IMG/VR virus record: IMGVR_UViG_3300025647_003907
DNA from: an uncultured virus (IMG/VR IMGVR_UViG_3300025647_003907)
Taxonomy: Duplodnaviria; Heunggongvirae; Uroviricota; Caudoviricetes
Length of the DNA stretch: 64,000 nt
Reading direction: 5' to 3' (one strand)
Shown piece by piece: positions 31,810 to 40,449 of the stretch. Position numbers and translations under genes: made by a program. Positions within the stretch are counted from its first letter, which is position 1. The number at the start of each line of letters is the position of its first letter. The notes under the pieces are model-generated. The model did not search any database. It saw only the letters and a list, made by a program, of their open reading frames with translations, and had not been told where the DNA came from.

Positions 31810-32167
31810 ATTTACTCCAGTTAATCAGAGTAAATTTTTAGGAAAGAAAGATCCGATTTATCGTAGTCTGTGGGAACGCAGGTTTATGATTTATTGCGAT
31901 CGATCTGGCGCTATTAAATTTTGGGATTCCGAGAGTTTTCATATTCCATATCTGAGTCCCATGGATAATCGTTGGCATAACTATTATCCAGATTTTTACG
32001 TCGATTACTTTGACAAATATGGTAACCCACGCAAGAAGCTAATTGAAATTAAACCACGATATCAAATGAAGTATCGCATAAACAAAGCTAAATGGGCAGC
32101 AGCTCAAAAATATTGTGTTGAACACGGTATGGAATTTCAAGTGCTAACAGAAAGAGAATTGTTTTGA
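31778..32167 (+). CDS. Head completion nuclease, T4 gp4-like / TnsA N-terminal-like PD-(D/E)xK endonuclease
   Basis: YRSLWERRFM...W.SE...IPY...YYPDF...LIEIKP...NKAKWAAA...FQVLTERELF. Confidence 0.85.
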   Translation: MNFKNSAVKGKFTPVNQSKFLGKKDPIYRSLWERRFMIYCDRSGAIKFWDSESFHIPYLSPMDNRWHNYYPDFYVDYFDKYGNPRKKLIEIKPRYQMKYRINKAKWAAAQKYCVEHGMEFQVLTERELF

Positions 32168-32337
32168 AACGTAAACTATTTAGAAAACTAGTAGACATTG
32201 CAGATCGTGTTAATATTTGGTTTACTAGCAGTTTTAATCTAAACCCAAAACGTCGTGTGCTAGAAATTCAGCAAGATTTGCAGATTACAATGCAGGATCT
32301 AGACAACACAATCGGTAAAGCATTAGAAATCAAATAG
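32164..32337 (+). CDS. Small hypothetical protein (57 aa), not in the ORF track
   Basis: TTG start overlaps the upstream TGA (TTGA). Translation: MKRKLFRKLVDIADRVNIWFTSSFNLNPKRRVLEIQQDLQITMQDLDNTIGKALEIK. Fills the gap up to the promoter region. Confidence 0.5.
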   Translation: MKRKLFRKLVDIADRVNIWFTSSFNLNPKRRVLEIQQDLQITMQDLDNTIGKALEIK

Positions 32338-32387
32338 ATAGTGTACTATTAAAAATGTGTAAAGTTAAATTAATAGAACTTTCTACG

Positions 32388-32416
32388 TTGACAAACCAAC
32401 AGTACATTACTATACT
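32388..32416 (+). promoter_or_regulatory. Sigma70-type (early) promoter TTGACA-N17-TATACT
   Basis: -35 at 32388-32393, 17-nt spacer, -10 at 32411-32416; AGGAG at 32437-32441 before the ATG at 32447. Confidence 0.8.
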
Positions 32417-32446
32417 ATGCACTCATTCAATAAACAAGGAGCTTTT

Positions 32447-32842
32447 ATGAAGATTGATAATGCAGACCAATTCTTGAGACTATTGAATCTGTATGATTGG
32501 ACCACAGCTGATTATAATGATCGACGTTTTGCTACAAACTTTTTTAACGATTTGCAAAAACGTACTAATGCTCGAGCAGAATTAGATGCAATATCTTTGG
32601 AAGTTACAGAGCTAACTTCCGCGCTGGCTGATAAGCATTATAAAAAATGTCGTCGACCCTACGGGACCACTATTCGTGGGTGGGGCACAGAATATGTTTA
32701 CGCTAACACAAATAGCCAGCGTGAATATGCCGAAGAGCTTATTTCATATATTATACATGACGATGAGCTAGTTGATCTAATCAACAAAGCTCGAGCTCGA
32801 GAACAAGCAAAGAAACACAAAGACGAGATCTATGGCAACTAA
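32447..32842 (+). CDS. Hypothetical protein (about 131 aa)
   Basis: Start moved from 32417 to 32447 on the basis of promoter position and Shine-Dalgarno spacing. Confidence 0.65.
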   Translation: MKIDNADQFLRLLNLYDWTTADYNDRRFATNFFNDLQKRTNARAELDAISLEVTELTSALADKHYKKCRRPYGTTIRGWGTEYVYANTNSQREYAEELISYIIHDDELVDLINKARAREQAKKHKDEIYGN

Positions 32843-33572
32843 AGGCTGCGTAATATTTGCACATAACAACGGCGATATTGATTATGTCAAACTTGCTGAA
32901 CGTAGTGCTGAAAATATTAAGCAGTATCTAAATCTGCCCACTACAATTATCACAGATGTCGATTCAAAAACCACAAGCGCACGCTGGTTTGCTGACTACG
33001 ATAAAAGTGTGAAATGGCTTAATAGTGGACGCAGCCGCGCATATGAATTATCGCCGTATGATCAAACTGTGTTGTTAGATGCAGATTATGTGGTAAACAG
33101 CGATCAGTTATTGCGTTTGTTTAACAGTACACAAGTCTTCCTAGCACATCAAAATGCTAATAGCATTACTGGAACAGGGTGGAGTAAGACACTCGATACA
33201 TTTGGTGAATATCGTTTTCCAATGTGGTGGGCAACAGTTGTATATTTTACAAAATCTGATATAGCACGTGCTATATTTGACAGTATGCAGATGGTAGAAG
33301 AAAATTACGAACATTATGCTAATTTGTATAATTTCAAAAAACGCCCGTATCGTAACGATTATGCACTAAGTATTGCACTAAACATCGCCGATGGACATTT
33401 TGATGCAACACAGTTTAATATTCCATGGACACTACAAAGCGTTGTTCCTGAACACACATTAACACACGTTGACGATGTGTTTCGTATACATTATGATAAG
33501 AAATACTTAGAATTAAAAGACATGGACTTTCATGCCATGGGTAAACGACACCTCGAGGCATTATATGATTGA
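32832..33572 (+). CDS. Putative glycosyltransferase (GT-A fold, GT8-like)
   Basis: AYELSPYDQTVLLDADYVV contains a DxD motif; WATVVYF...RND. Paralogous to the next gene. Confidence 0.65.
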   Translation: MATKGCVIFAHNNGDIDYVKLAERSAENIKQYLNLPTTIITDVDSKTTSARWFADYDKSVKWLNSGRSRAYELSPYDQTVLLDADYVVNSDQLLRLFNSTQVFLAHQNANSITGTGWSKTLDTFGEYRFPMWWATVVYFTKSDIARAIFDSMQMVEENYEHYANLYNFKKRPYRNDYALSIALNIADGHFDATQFNIPWTLQSVVPEHTLTHVDDVFRIHYDKKYLELKDMDFHAMGKRHLEALYD

Positions 33573-34374
33573 AGCAGAGCGTGGGTATTTAATTGTTGCC
33601 TCTAATACAACAGATGTAGATTACATTGCTTGCGCACGTGTACTGGCAAAAAGTTTGCGTTATTGGCACCCAACAGTAAAAATATGTCTGCTAACAGATA
33701 CAGAATACACAGATCCTGTGTTTGATTATGTTAAACAGTTTCCCTATCCTACTGTAGGCGGATGGGCAGATGATTGGCAAGTATTTTCTGCTAGTCCATT
33801 CAGACAAACCATTAAACTAGAAGCAGATATGATCATAACAGCGCCAATTAATCATTGGTGGACTATGTTTGAACACAGAGACGTGGTTCTCACACAAGGT
33901 AGTAAAAATTTTTTACAACATACTGCTACATCAAGACACTATCGAAAAATATTTGATTTAAATGGTTTACCAGATATCTATAATGCTATTACATATTGGA
34001 GAGTAAGTCGCACTGCTAAAGATTTCTTTTTTAGAGTAAGACATATTTTTGAAAATTGGGATGTATATAAACAAAGCCTGCGTGGCGGGCATGATGAATT
34101 AGCGAACACCGATTTAGTATATGCTATGGCAGCAAGTTATATTGGTGTTGAACGTGTTACCTTGCCCGATACTTCGTATCCCAGTTTAGTACACATGAAA
34201 AAACATATCAATAATATTGCTGCCGAGGACTGGCGCAAACAACTTGTGTGGGAATTGGTTGATGGAGAATTTAGAATTAACACCATAAGCCAGCGTTACC
34301 CAGTACATTATCACCAAAAAGACTTCGCACAAGAATTGGAACCCTTATATGACAAACTTTTGGCAAGCCCTTGA
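33565..34374 (+). CDS. Putative glycosyltransferase (GT-A fold, ExD variant)
   Basis: DYIACARVLAKSL...ASPFRQTIKLEADM...VHMK...PVHYH. The likely start is the ATG at 33565. Confidence 0.6.
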   Translation: MIEAERGYLIVASNTTDVDYIACARVLAKSLRYWHPTVKICLLTDTEYTDPVFDYVKQFPYPTVGGWADDWQVFSASPFRQTIKLEADMIITAPINHWWTMFEHRDVVLTQGSKNFLQHTATSRHYRKIFDLNGLPDIYNAITYWRVSRTAKDFFFRVRHIFENWDVYKQSLRGGHDELANTDLVYAMAASYIGVERVTLPDTSYPSLVHMKKHINNIAAEDWRKQLVWELVDGEFRINTISQRYPVHYHQKDFAQELEPLYDKLLASP

Positions 34375-34654
34375 TAGCGTAGATCAAACACCCAAACAAG
34401 TTAACGTAGAATATCGTTTGTATTATAATGATTTAGGAGAGCCTCTTTTCTATTCAACCGAGCAAGAAATGGGTAATTACATTATAATAGACAAAGAAAC
34501 CTATACAGTCGGTCGTTATGATGTACGCATTGTAGATGGAAAGTTAATTAAACCCGCAGAATATGTTTATCAAAAACTTGTTCCTGTTACTATGGGCAAC
34601 GATGTTTCGATTGTTACCTCTGACCAAGAATGGAAGTTAAAACATTTTGAATAG
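34349..34654 (+). CDS. Hypothetical protein
   Basis: 101-aa ORF overlapping both neighbours in the operon. Confidence 0.6.
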   Translation: MTNFWQALDSVDQTPKQVNVEYRLYYNDLGEPLFYSTEQEMGNYIIIDKETYTVGRYDVRIVDGKLIKPAEYVYQKLVPVTMGNDVSIVTSDQEWKLKHFE

Positions 34655-35558
34655 TTGTAATTACCCAACACGCACTGTTACCATTGATTCAGATGGCAAT
34701 TGTTATATGTGTATATGTGATGGTTGGTTACCAATTCCAGTTGGAAACGTATTAGATTTTGAATCCATTGAAGATGTTTTTAACAGTAAAATTGCAAAAG
34801 TGTTGCAACAAGATGTAAGTATGCAACAGTTTACTTGGTGTAAGACTACTGATTGTGGAATAACCCAAAAATCTAATGTTAGCTCTACGTATTATATAAG
34901 TTTAAACATCGATGAAAGTTGTAATTTATACTGTCCTAGTTGTAGAAAAAATAAAATAATGTATACCGAAGGAGAAATGTTTGATTACAAAGTTCAACTG
35001 TTAGATCGTATATTAAAATGGTTAGATAGGTTCGAAGAACCAATACTTGTCGCATTGCTTGGAAACGGAGATCCTTTTGCCAGTAACATTATCAGACCAT
35101 TAATAAAAGATTTTCCTATAAAACACAATCAGTCTTTCGAAATTAAAACTAATGGATTGTTAATTAAAAAACAACTAGAAACAAATACTAGATTTTTAGA
35201 TCGCATTAAACAGTTTATGATTAGTGTCGATGCTGGTTCAAAAGAAGTGTATGAAGTTGTGAGAAAACCAGGAAAATGGGAAGTACTAATTGAAAATTTA
35301 GATTTTGTAAAGAATAGAAATAAACAAGCAGGTTTGCAATTTGTAATACAAAAAGAAAATTTTAGGGATTTAACAAACTTTATTAGCTTGTGTGAGAAGT
35401 ATCAATTTCCCGGATATGTTCAACGATTATGGAATTGGAATACCTGGGATAATTTTTCAGAGAATAATGTACTAGATCCTGCAAATGAAAATTACAATGA
35501 ATGTCAAGACTTGATTAATCAGCACAGAAATAATAAACTAATTACATTTTTATTATGA
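34647..35558 (+). CDS. Radical SAM protein with an N-terminal Twitch/SPASM-like domain (short form)
   Basis: CNYP...DGNCYMCIC...WCKTTDC precedes CNLYCPSC (CX3CX2C); GNGDPF, KTNG, ISVDAG. Confidence 0.85.
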   Translation: MNSCNYPTRTVTIDSDGNCYMCICDGWLPIPVGNVLDFESIEDVFNSKIAKVLQQDVSMQQFTWCKTTDCGITQKSNVSSTYYISLNIDESCNLYCPSCRKNKIMYTEGEMFDYKVQLLDRILKWLDRFEEPILVALLGNGDPFASNIIRPLIKDFPIKHNQSFEIKTNGLLIKKQLETNTRFLDRIKQFMISVDAGSKEVYEVVRKPGKWEVLIENLDFVKNRNKQAGLQFVIQKENFRDLTNFISLCEKYQFPGYVQRLWNWNTWDNFSENNVLDPANENYNECQDLINQHRNNKLITFLL

Positions 35559-36478
35559 ATAAATTAATAGATATAGCAGATCTAGACGTAGTGTACCTGA
35601 GTTACGATGAACCTCAAAAAGAAGAGTTCTGGGTAAAAATTAAAAACATGGTACCCTGGGCAGTTCGTGTTGACGGTGTTAAAGGATCTGATGCAGCACA
35701 CAAAGCCGCAGCAGATGCAAGCACTACAGAACGTTTTGTTCTAATCGATGGTGACAACTTGCCAGATCCAGAGTTCTTTAACATGCAACTGGAAATGAAA
35801 ACACCTGAATATGAACGTGCTGTTTTTCGTTGGAGAGCTCGCAATCATGTTAATGGACTAATGTACGGCAACGGTGGATTAAGTTGTTGGACACGAGAGT
35901 TTATTTATAATATGCGCACACATGAAGCAAGCGATGGTTCAGATGATACGTGTGTGGAATTTTGTTTTGATCCACTGTATTGGCCAATGCATGATTGCTA
36001 TTCAGTAACCTACCCAACTGGTAGTGCATTCCAAGCATGGCGTGCTGGTTTCCGCGAAGGCGTTAAGATGTGTTTAGATCGAGGACGCAAGCCCAGCGAA
36101 CTAGAATTTAAAGAAAGTGTACACAGTCGCAATTTAGATCACTTAACCATCTGGCACAATGTTGGCATGGATGTTGAAAATGGAGTGTGGGCTATATTAG
36201 GCGCACGACAGGGTACATATATGACTATGTTGGGCGACTGGGATTATCGTGCAGTACAATGGTTTGACAATTTGTCAGACATTTGGACAGACACACAACA
36301 TGAAGATCCCGCAAGAATGATTGATGTTTACGGTAAGCACCTAGAAACACAATTAGATTTACCAATGAATGCACTGGATGCAAAAGCAAGTGCTTTCTTC
36401 AAACATCATTATCGCAGCAACTGGCATAATATAGGTGCTACTGTAAGAGAAACAGATGTATTACAGTCTTCTTATTAA
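35555..36478 (+). CDS. Putative glycosyltransferase-like protein
   Basis: DVVYLSYDEP...VDGVKGSDAAHKAAA...FVLIDGDN (DxD)...NGLMYGNGG...AWRAGFREGVK. Homologous to the C-terminus of 53171..55204. Confidence 0.55.
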   Translation: MNKLIDIADLDVVYLSYDEPQKEEFWVKIKNMVPWAVRVDGVKGSDAAHKAAADASTTERFVLIDGDNLPDPEFFNMQLEMKTPEYERAVFRWRARNHVNGLMYGNGGLSCWTREFIYNMRTHEASDGSDDTCVEFCFDPLYWPMHDCYSVTYPTGSAFQAWRAGFREGVKMCLDRGRKPSELEFKESVHSRNLDHLTIWHNVGMDVENGVWAILGARQGTYMTMLGDWDYRAVQWFDNLSDIWTDTQHEDPARMIDVYGKHLETQLDLPMNALDAKASAFFKHHYRSNWHNIGATVRETDVLQSSY

Positions 36479-36490
36479 GGATTAATATTA

Positions 36491-37654
36491 ATGGCATATT
36501 CAGTATATCAACATTGGGATCCATTGCAGGTATGTATAGTTGGACGAACATATCCTCCAGAGTTTTATTCCTGGATTAAAAATGCACAAACTCGTTCAAT
36601 ATTTGAAAAGCTAGCCGAGGAAACAGAAGAAGATTACCAAAAGTTAATCCATCTGTTAGAGAATAAATTTGGTGTGCGCACTTTGCGTCCGGCATTTCCG
36701 GATGATATAAACGAACTGTTCGTTGACGGTAAATGGGTACAGCCCCCGACTGCTCCTAGAGATTATTTTATCATGATAGGCGAGACACTCTGGGTTCCGG
36801 AAATTCCAAACGGAAGTCATGCATGGTCAGTTTTTTATAGACAAAATAAAGAGCCGTATTGGCCTGATTATGTTAGACCAACAGACTTTTATAACGATTG
36901 GCCGCAGTTTGCAAAAGATATTGAAGAAAAATTCAAAAAGTTTCAAGAGTTTGATCAAAATCATCTAAACGCAAAATTAAATTTTTATCGTGATGCTTTT
37001 TTTGATGTAAAATTAAATGGCAATAATATTAATTATACGAATTTAGATTTTATCAATGGATGCTTTGTTAGTCGGATAGGTCAGGATCTATACTTTGCAA
37101 CTCAAACGTTTCATGATGACAAGAAAGCATTATTAGATCGAGTTAATGAATATTTTCCAAACACTAACAACAGAATTGTTAACGCAGGCGGACACGGTGA
37201 TGCTGTTTATTGCCCGGTAACCCCTGGGTTGATTATTAGTTTGCATGATATTCCAACATATAAAGACACATTTCCGGATTGGGAAGTAGTCTATCTTCCG
37301 GATTCAAATTATGCACATATGAGAGAATTTGAATTTTCGATGAAACGTAATAAAGGACGTTGGTTTTTTCCAGGATTTGAAAAAGATCCTAACATGGTTA
37401 ATATGGTTGACCATTACTTTGACGAATGGGTCGGTGAAGTACACGAAACTGTGTTTGATGTTAATATGCTTGTGGTTGACGAGAAAAATGTCATTGTTTC
37501 TGCGCACAACGATCAAGTTGAAAAAGCCTGTGCTAGACACGGAGTCGAAGTACATGTTTCACCGTTTAGGCACAAGTATTTCTGGGATGCTGGAATACAT
37601 TGTATTACCAACGACCTTAGTCGATTAAGCAACGGTCCGGGTTCATTTGTATAA
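36491..37654 (+). CDS. Amidinotransferase (glycine/inosamine-phosphate amidinotransferase family, pentein fold)
   Basis: WDPLQVCIVG, PRD, GHGD, ETVFDVNMLVVD, and C-terminal WDAGIHCIT carrying the catalytic Cys. Confidence 0.85.
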   Translation: MAYSVYQHWDPLQVCIVGRTYPPEFYSWIKNAQTRSIFEKLAEETEEDYQKLIHLLENKFGVRTLRPAFPDDINELFVDGKWVQPPTAPRDYFIMIGETLWVPEIPNGSHAWSVFYRQNKEPYWPDYVRPTDFYNDWPQFAKDIEEKFKKFQEFDQNHLNAKLNFYRDAFFDVKLNGNNINYTNLDFINGCFVSRIGQDLYFATQTFHDDKKALLDRVNEYFPNTNNRIVNAGGHGDAVYCPVTPGLIISLHDIPTYKDTFPDWEVVYLPDSNYAHMREFEFSMKRNKGRWFFPGFEKDPNMVNMVDHYFDEWVGEVHETVFDVNMLVVDEKNVIVSAHNDQVEKACARHGVEVHVSPFRHKYFWDAGIHCITNDLSRLSNGPGSFV

Positions 37655-39069
37655 TGGGTATCAATAAAGGTGACGAAGTAGATAAAGACTTTAAGTCAAA
37701 GTTTTTAAGCGATGCAGAAATTGCACAACAAAAGTTGGATACAGTAAGCCCAAGTTTCTGTTTGGCTAAATGGAAACAAGTATCGTTGCATTTAACAAAT
37801 GGCATGAATAACTCATGCTATCACCCCCCTCTGCATAAAATTCCTGTAGAAGAACTTGCTGTAAATCCTAGTAAGTTGCATAACACAGATTATAAAAAAC
37901 AGCAACGTGAGAAAATGATTCGGGGCGAACGCCCGGAAGAATGTTTTTATTGCTGGGCAATGGAGGATAATGGTAAACTTAGTGATCGTCATTATCGATC
38001 TGGTGAACCATGGGCTATTGAACGGTTTAACGAAGTAGTTGCAGATCCAATGGCAGATACTAATCCTGCATATGTTGAAGTAAACTTTAACAGTGCATGT
38101 AATTTAGAGTGTAGTTATTGTTCGCCGCAGTTTAGCAGTTCGTGGATGCGACAAGCAAAGGAATATGGAGCATATCCTACTAGTCAACCACACAATGATC
38201 CTGCATATTTTCAAAGTGATAGACGCCCAATTCCGCATTCAGAATACAATCCATATGTAGAAGCATTTTGGAACTGGTGGCCAGATTTGTATAAAGATCT
38301 AAAACACTTTCGCATGACTGGCGGAGAACCTCTAATGGATAAGAATACATTTCGTGTATTTGATTATGTATTAGAGAATCCAAAACCAGATTTACATTTA
38401 AACGTAACCAGTAACCTAAGTGTCGAACAGAAGTTATGGGACAAGTACTTGGATTATGTTAAGCGTATTTGCAACGAAGGTGAAAATGTAGAGCACTTTA
38501 TGCAGTATGTTAGTCTTGATGGATTTGGAAAACAAGCAGAATACATGCGTGCAGGATTAGATTTTAATTTACTGTGGGATCGTGTAAATGAGTTTTTAAC
38601 AGCAGTACCTTATAGAAGCAGTTTAACATTTATTGTTACAATGAACAATTTGTCAGTAACCAGTTTAGAACATTTGTTTACTGGAATTTATGGATTAAGA
38701 CAACTTTATAGCAATACCTACCAGCGTGTGTGGTTTGATACCCCTGTATTACACACACCTAAATGGCAAAGCATGCGGTTACTTCCAGATATGTACGCAG
38801 ATAAACTAGAAGATTTGATGATGTGGATGATGGAACATGTAGAAACACCTAATACACGATTTAAAGGATTCAAGGATTATGAAATTAAAAGATTAGATCG
38901 TGATATTGCGTGGATGAGAGAACCCGCAGAGAACCGTGAACAACACATGGCAGATTTCTATCGTTTTTTTAATGAATACGATCGTCGACATGGCTATGAT
39001 TTCTTAAAAACATTCCCTGAGATGAGCTCGTGGTGGAATGAGTGCAAATACTTTGCACAGCAACAATAA
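37654..39069 (+). CDS. N-terminal Twitch-domain radical SAM protein
   Basis: FCLAKW...NSCYH...ECFYCW, then CNLECSYC and TGGEP. Confidence 0.9.
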   Translation: MGINKGDEVDKDFKSKFLSDAEIAQQKLDTVSPSFCLAKWKQVSLHLTNGMNNSCYHPPLHKIPVEELAVNPSKLHNTDYKKQQREKMIRGERPEECFYCWAMEDNGKLSDRHYRSGEPWAIERFNEVVADPMADTNPAYVEVNFNSACNLECSYCSPQFSSSWMRQAKEYGAYPTSQPHNDPAYFQSDRRPIPHSEYNPYVEAFWNWWPDLYKDLKHFRMTGGEPLMDKNTFRVFDYVLENPKPDLHLNVTSNLSVEQKLWDKYLDYVKRICNEGENVEHFMQYVSLDGFGKQAEYMRAGLDFNLLWDRVNEFLTAVPYRSSLTFIVTMNNLSVTSLEHLFTGIYGLRQLYSNTYQRVWFDTPVLHTPKWQSMRLLPDMYADKLEDLMMWMMEHVETPNTRFKGFKDYEIKRLDRDIAWMREPAENREQHMADFYRFFNEYDRRHGYDFLKTFPEMSSWWNECKYFAQQQ

Positions 39070-39087
39070 TTCAGTTAAGTAAACAAT

Positions 39088-40449
39088 ATGAGTAAATTAC
39101 GTAAGCCTGGTCGCAACACTGATCTAGAAGTTAAAAATTTTCTAAATGAATATTTTAGCCCTAGTTTTTGCGGTGCCAAGTGGTATAATGCTACTATATG
39201 GTTAGGATCAGGCATGACTACAAGTTGTCACCACCCTCCTGCGCATCAAGTGAGTGTTGAGGATGTTATTGCCAATCCAAAAGCATTGCATAACACACCA
39301 CAAAAGAAAAAAGATCGTGCTGAAATGCAAACGGGCAAACGTCCGCCTGGCTGCGAATACTGCTGGAAGATTGAGGACATGGGTAGAGATGCAATCTCGG
39401 ATCGTGTCTACAAAAGCGTAATTTACTCTCAAGAAGAATTAGTTGATGCGTACATGCTTTATCCCGAGGATGATGTAGATCTAAAGACACTAGAAATTGC
39501 ATTTGATAGAACCTGCCAATTTGCATGTTCTTATTGTAATCCTGCATTTAGCACACAGTGGGTAACTGATATAAAGAAAAACGGGCCTTACCAGAACTTA
39601 GTAAGCGACGGCAGAGGACATTTCACGCACACACACGATGCAGCACAATTATATAAACCTAAAGAAACAAATCCTTATATTGAGGCATTCTTTAAGTGGT
39701 GGGAATCAGATTTACACAGAACGTTACAAGAATTAAGACTAACCGGTGGTGAGCCAATGATGAGCCCGCATACTATGCGTCTTATCGAATGGTTCATTGA
39801 CAACGAAAGTCCTGTGCAGTTTGCGTTAAACAGCAATCTTGGAATTGAAGAGGATAAGCTCGACAAACTAATCGAAGCAAGTCATAAAATTAAAAATTTC
39901 CAGTTATATACATCTAACGAAAGTGTTGGCGCACATGCCGAATATATTCGTGATGGTCTAAATTGGGAACAATGGCAACAAAATGTAGAACGAGTATTAA
40001 CAGAAGGAAAAGTTGATGGATTCCATGTAATGTGTACTATTAATGCATTATGCTTAGAGAGTTTAATTGACTTCTTTGAATGGATGCTAAAGTTAAAACG
40101 CAAGTATGGAAAAGATTATCCGTCGTTTACATTAAACATTCTACGTTTTCCAAGTTTCCAGTCGCCATTAGTATTACCGGATGATTTGCGCATGGATTTC
40201 GCTGAAGAACTGGATATTTGGTTAGAAAATAATGCTTGGCAAAACGGGCTTCTGCACGAACATGAAGTTAATCATATTCAACGATTAATAGATTACTTGG
40301 ACGTAGTCAAAACTCCGCATTCGGATACGTTTGACATGCCAAGTTTGCATAATGACTTTAAGAATTTTTATTCGCAATACGACAAACGTCGCGGAAAAAG
40401 TTTAACTAATGCATTTGAACACATTGGAGCGTGGTATCGTGGTTTATAA
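39088..40449 (+). CDS. N-terminal Twitch-domain radical SAM protein
   Basis: FCGAKW...TSCHH...GCEYCW, then CQFACSYC and TGGEP. Close paralogue of the preceding gene. Confidence 0.9.
   Translation: MSKLRKPGRNTDLEVKNFLNEYFSPSFCGAKWYNATIWLGSGMTTSCHHPPAHQVSVEDVIANPKALHNTPQKKKDRAEMQTGKRPPGCEYCWKIEDMGRDAISDRVYKSVIYSQEELVDAYMLYPEDDVDLKTLEIAFDRTCQFACSYCNPAFSTQWVTDIKKNGPYQNLVSDGRGHFTHTHDAAQLYKPKETNPYIEAFFKWWESDLHRTLQELRLTGGEPMMSPHTMRLIEWFIDNESPVQFALNSNLGIEEDKLDKLIEASHKIKNFQLYTSNESVGAHAEYIRDGLNWEQWQQNVERVLTEGKVDGFHVMCTINALCLESLIDFFEWMLKLKRKYGKDYPSFTLNILRFPSFQSPLVLPDDLRMDFAEELDIWLENNAWQNGLLHEHEVNHIQRLIDYLDVVKTPHSDTFDMPSLHNDFKNFYSQYDKRRGKSLTNAFEHIGAWYRGL

Noticed and set aside
31778..32167. TnsA-like nuclease as evidence for a Tn7-like transposon
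   Set aside because: No TnsB/TnsC genes or terminal repeats; the size and motifs fit the T4 gp4-like head completion protein.
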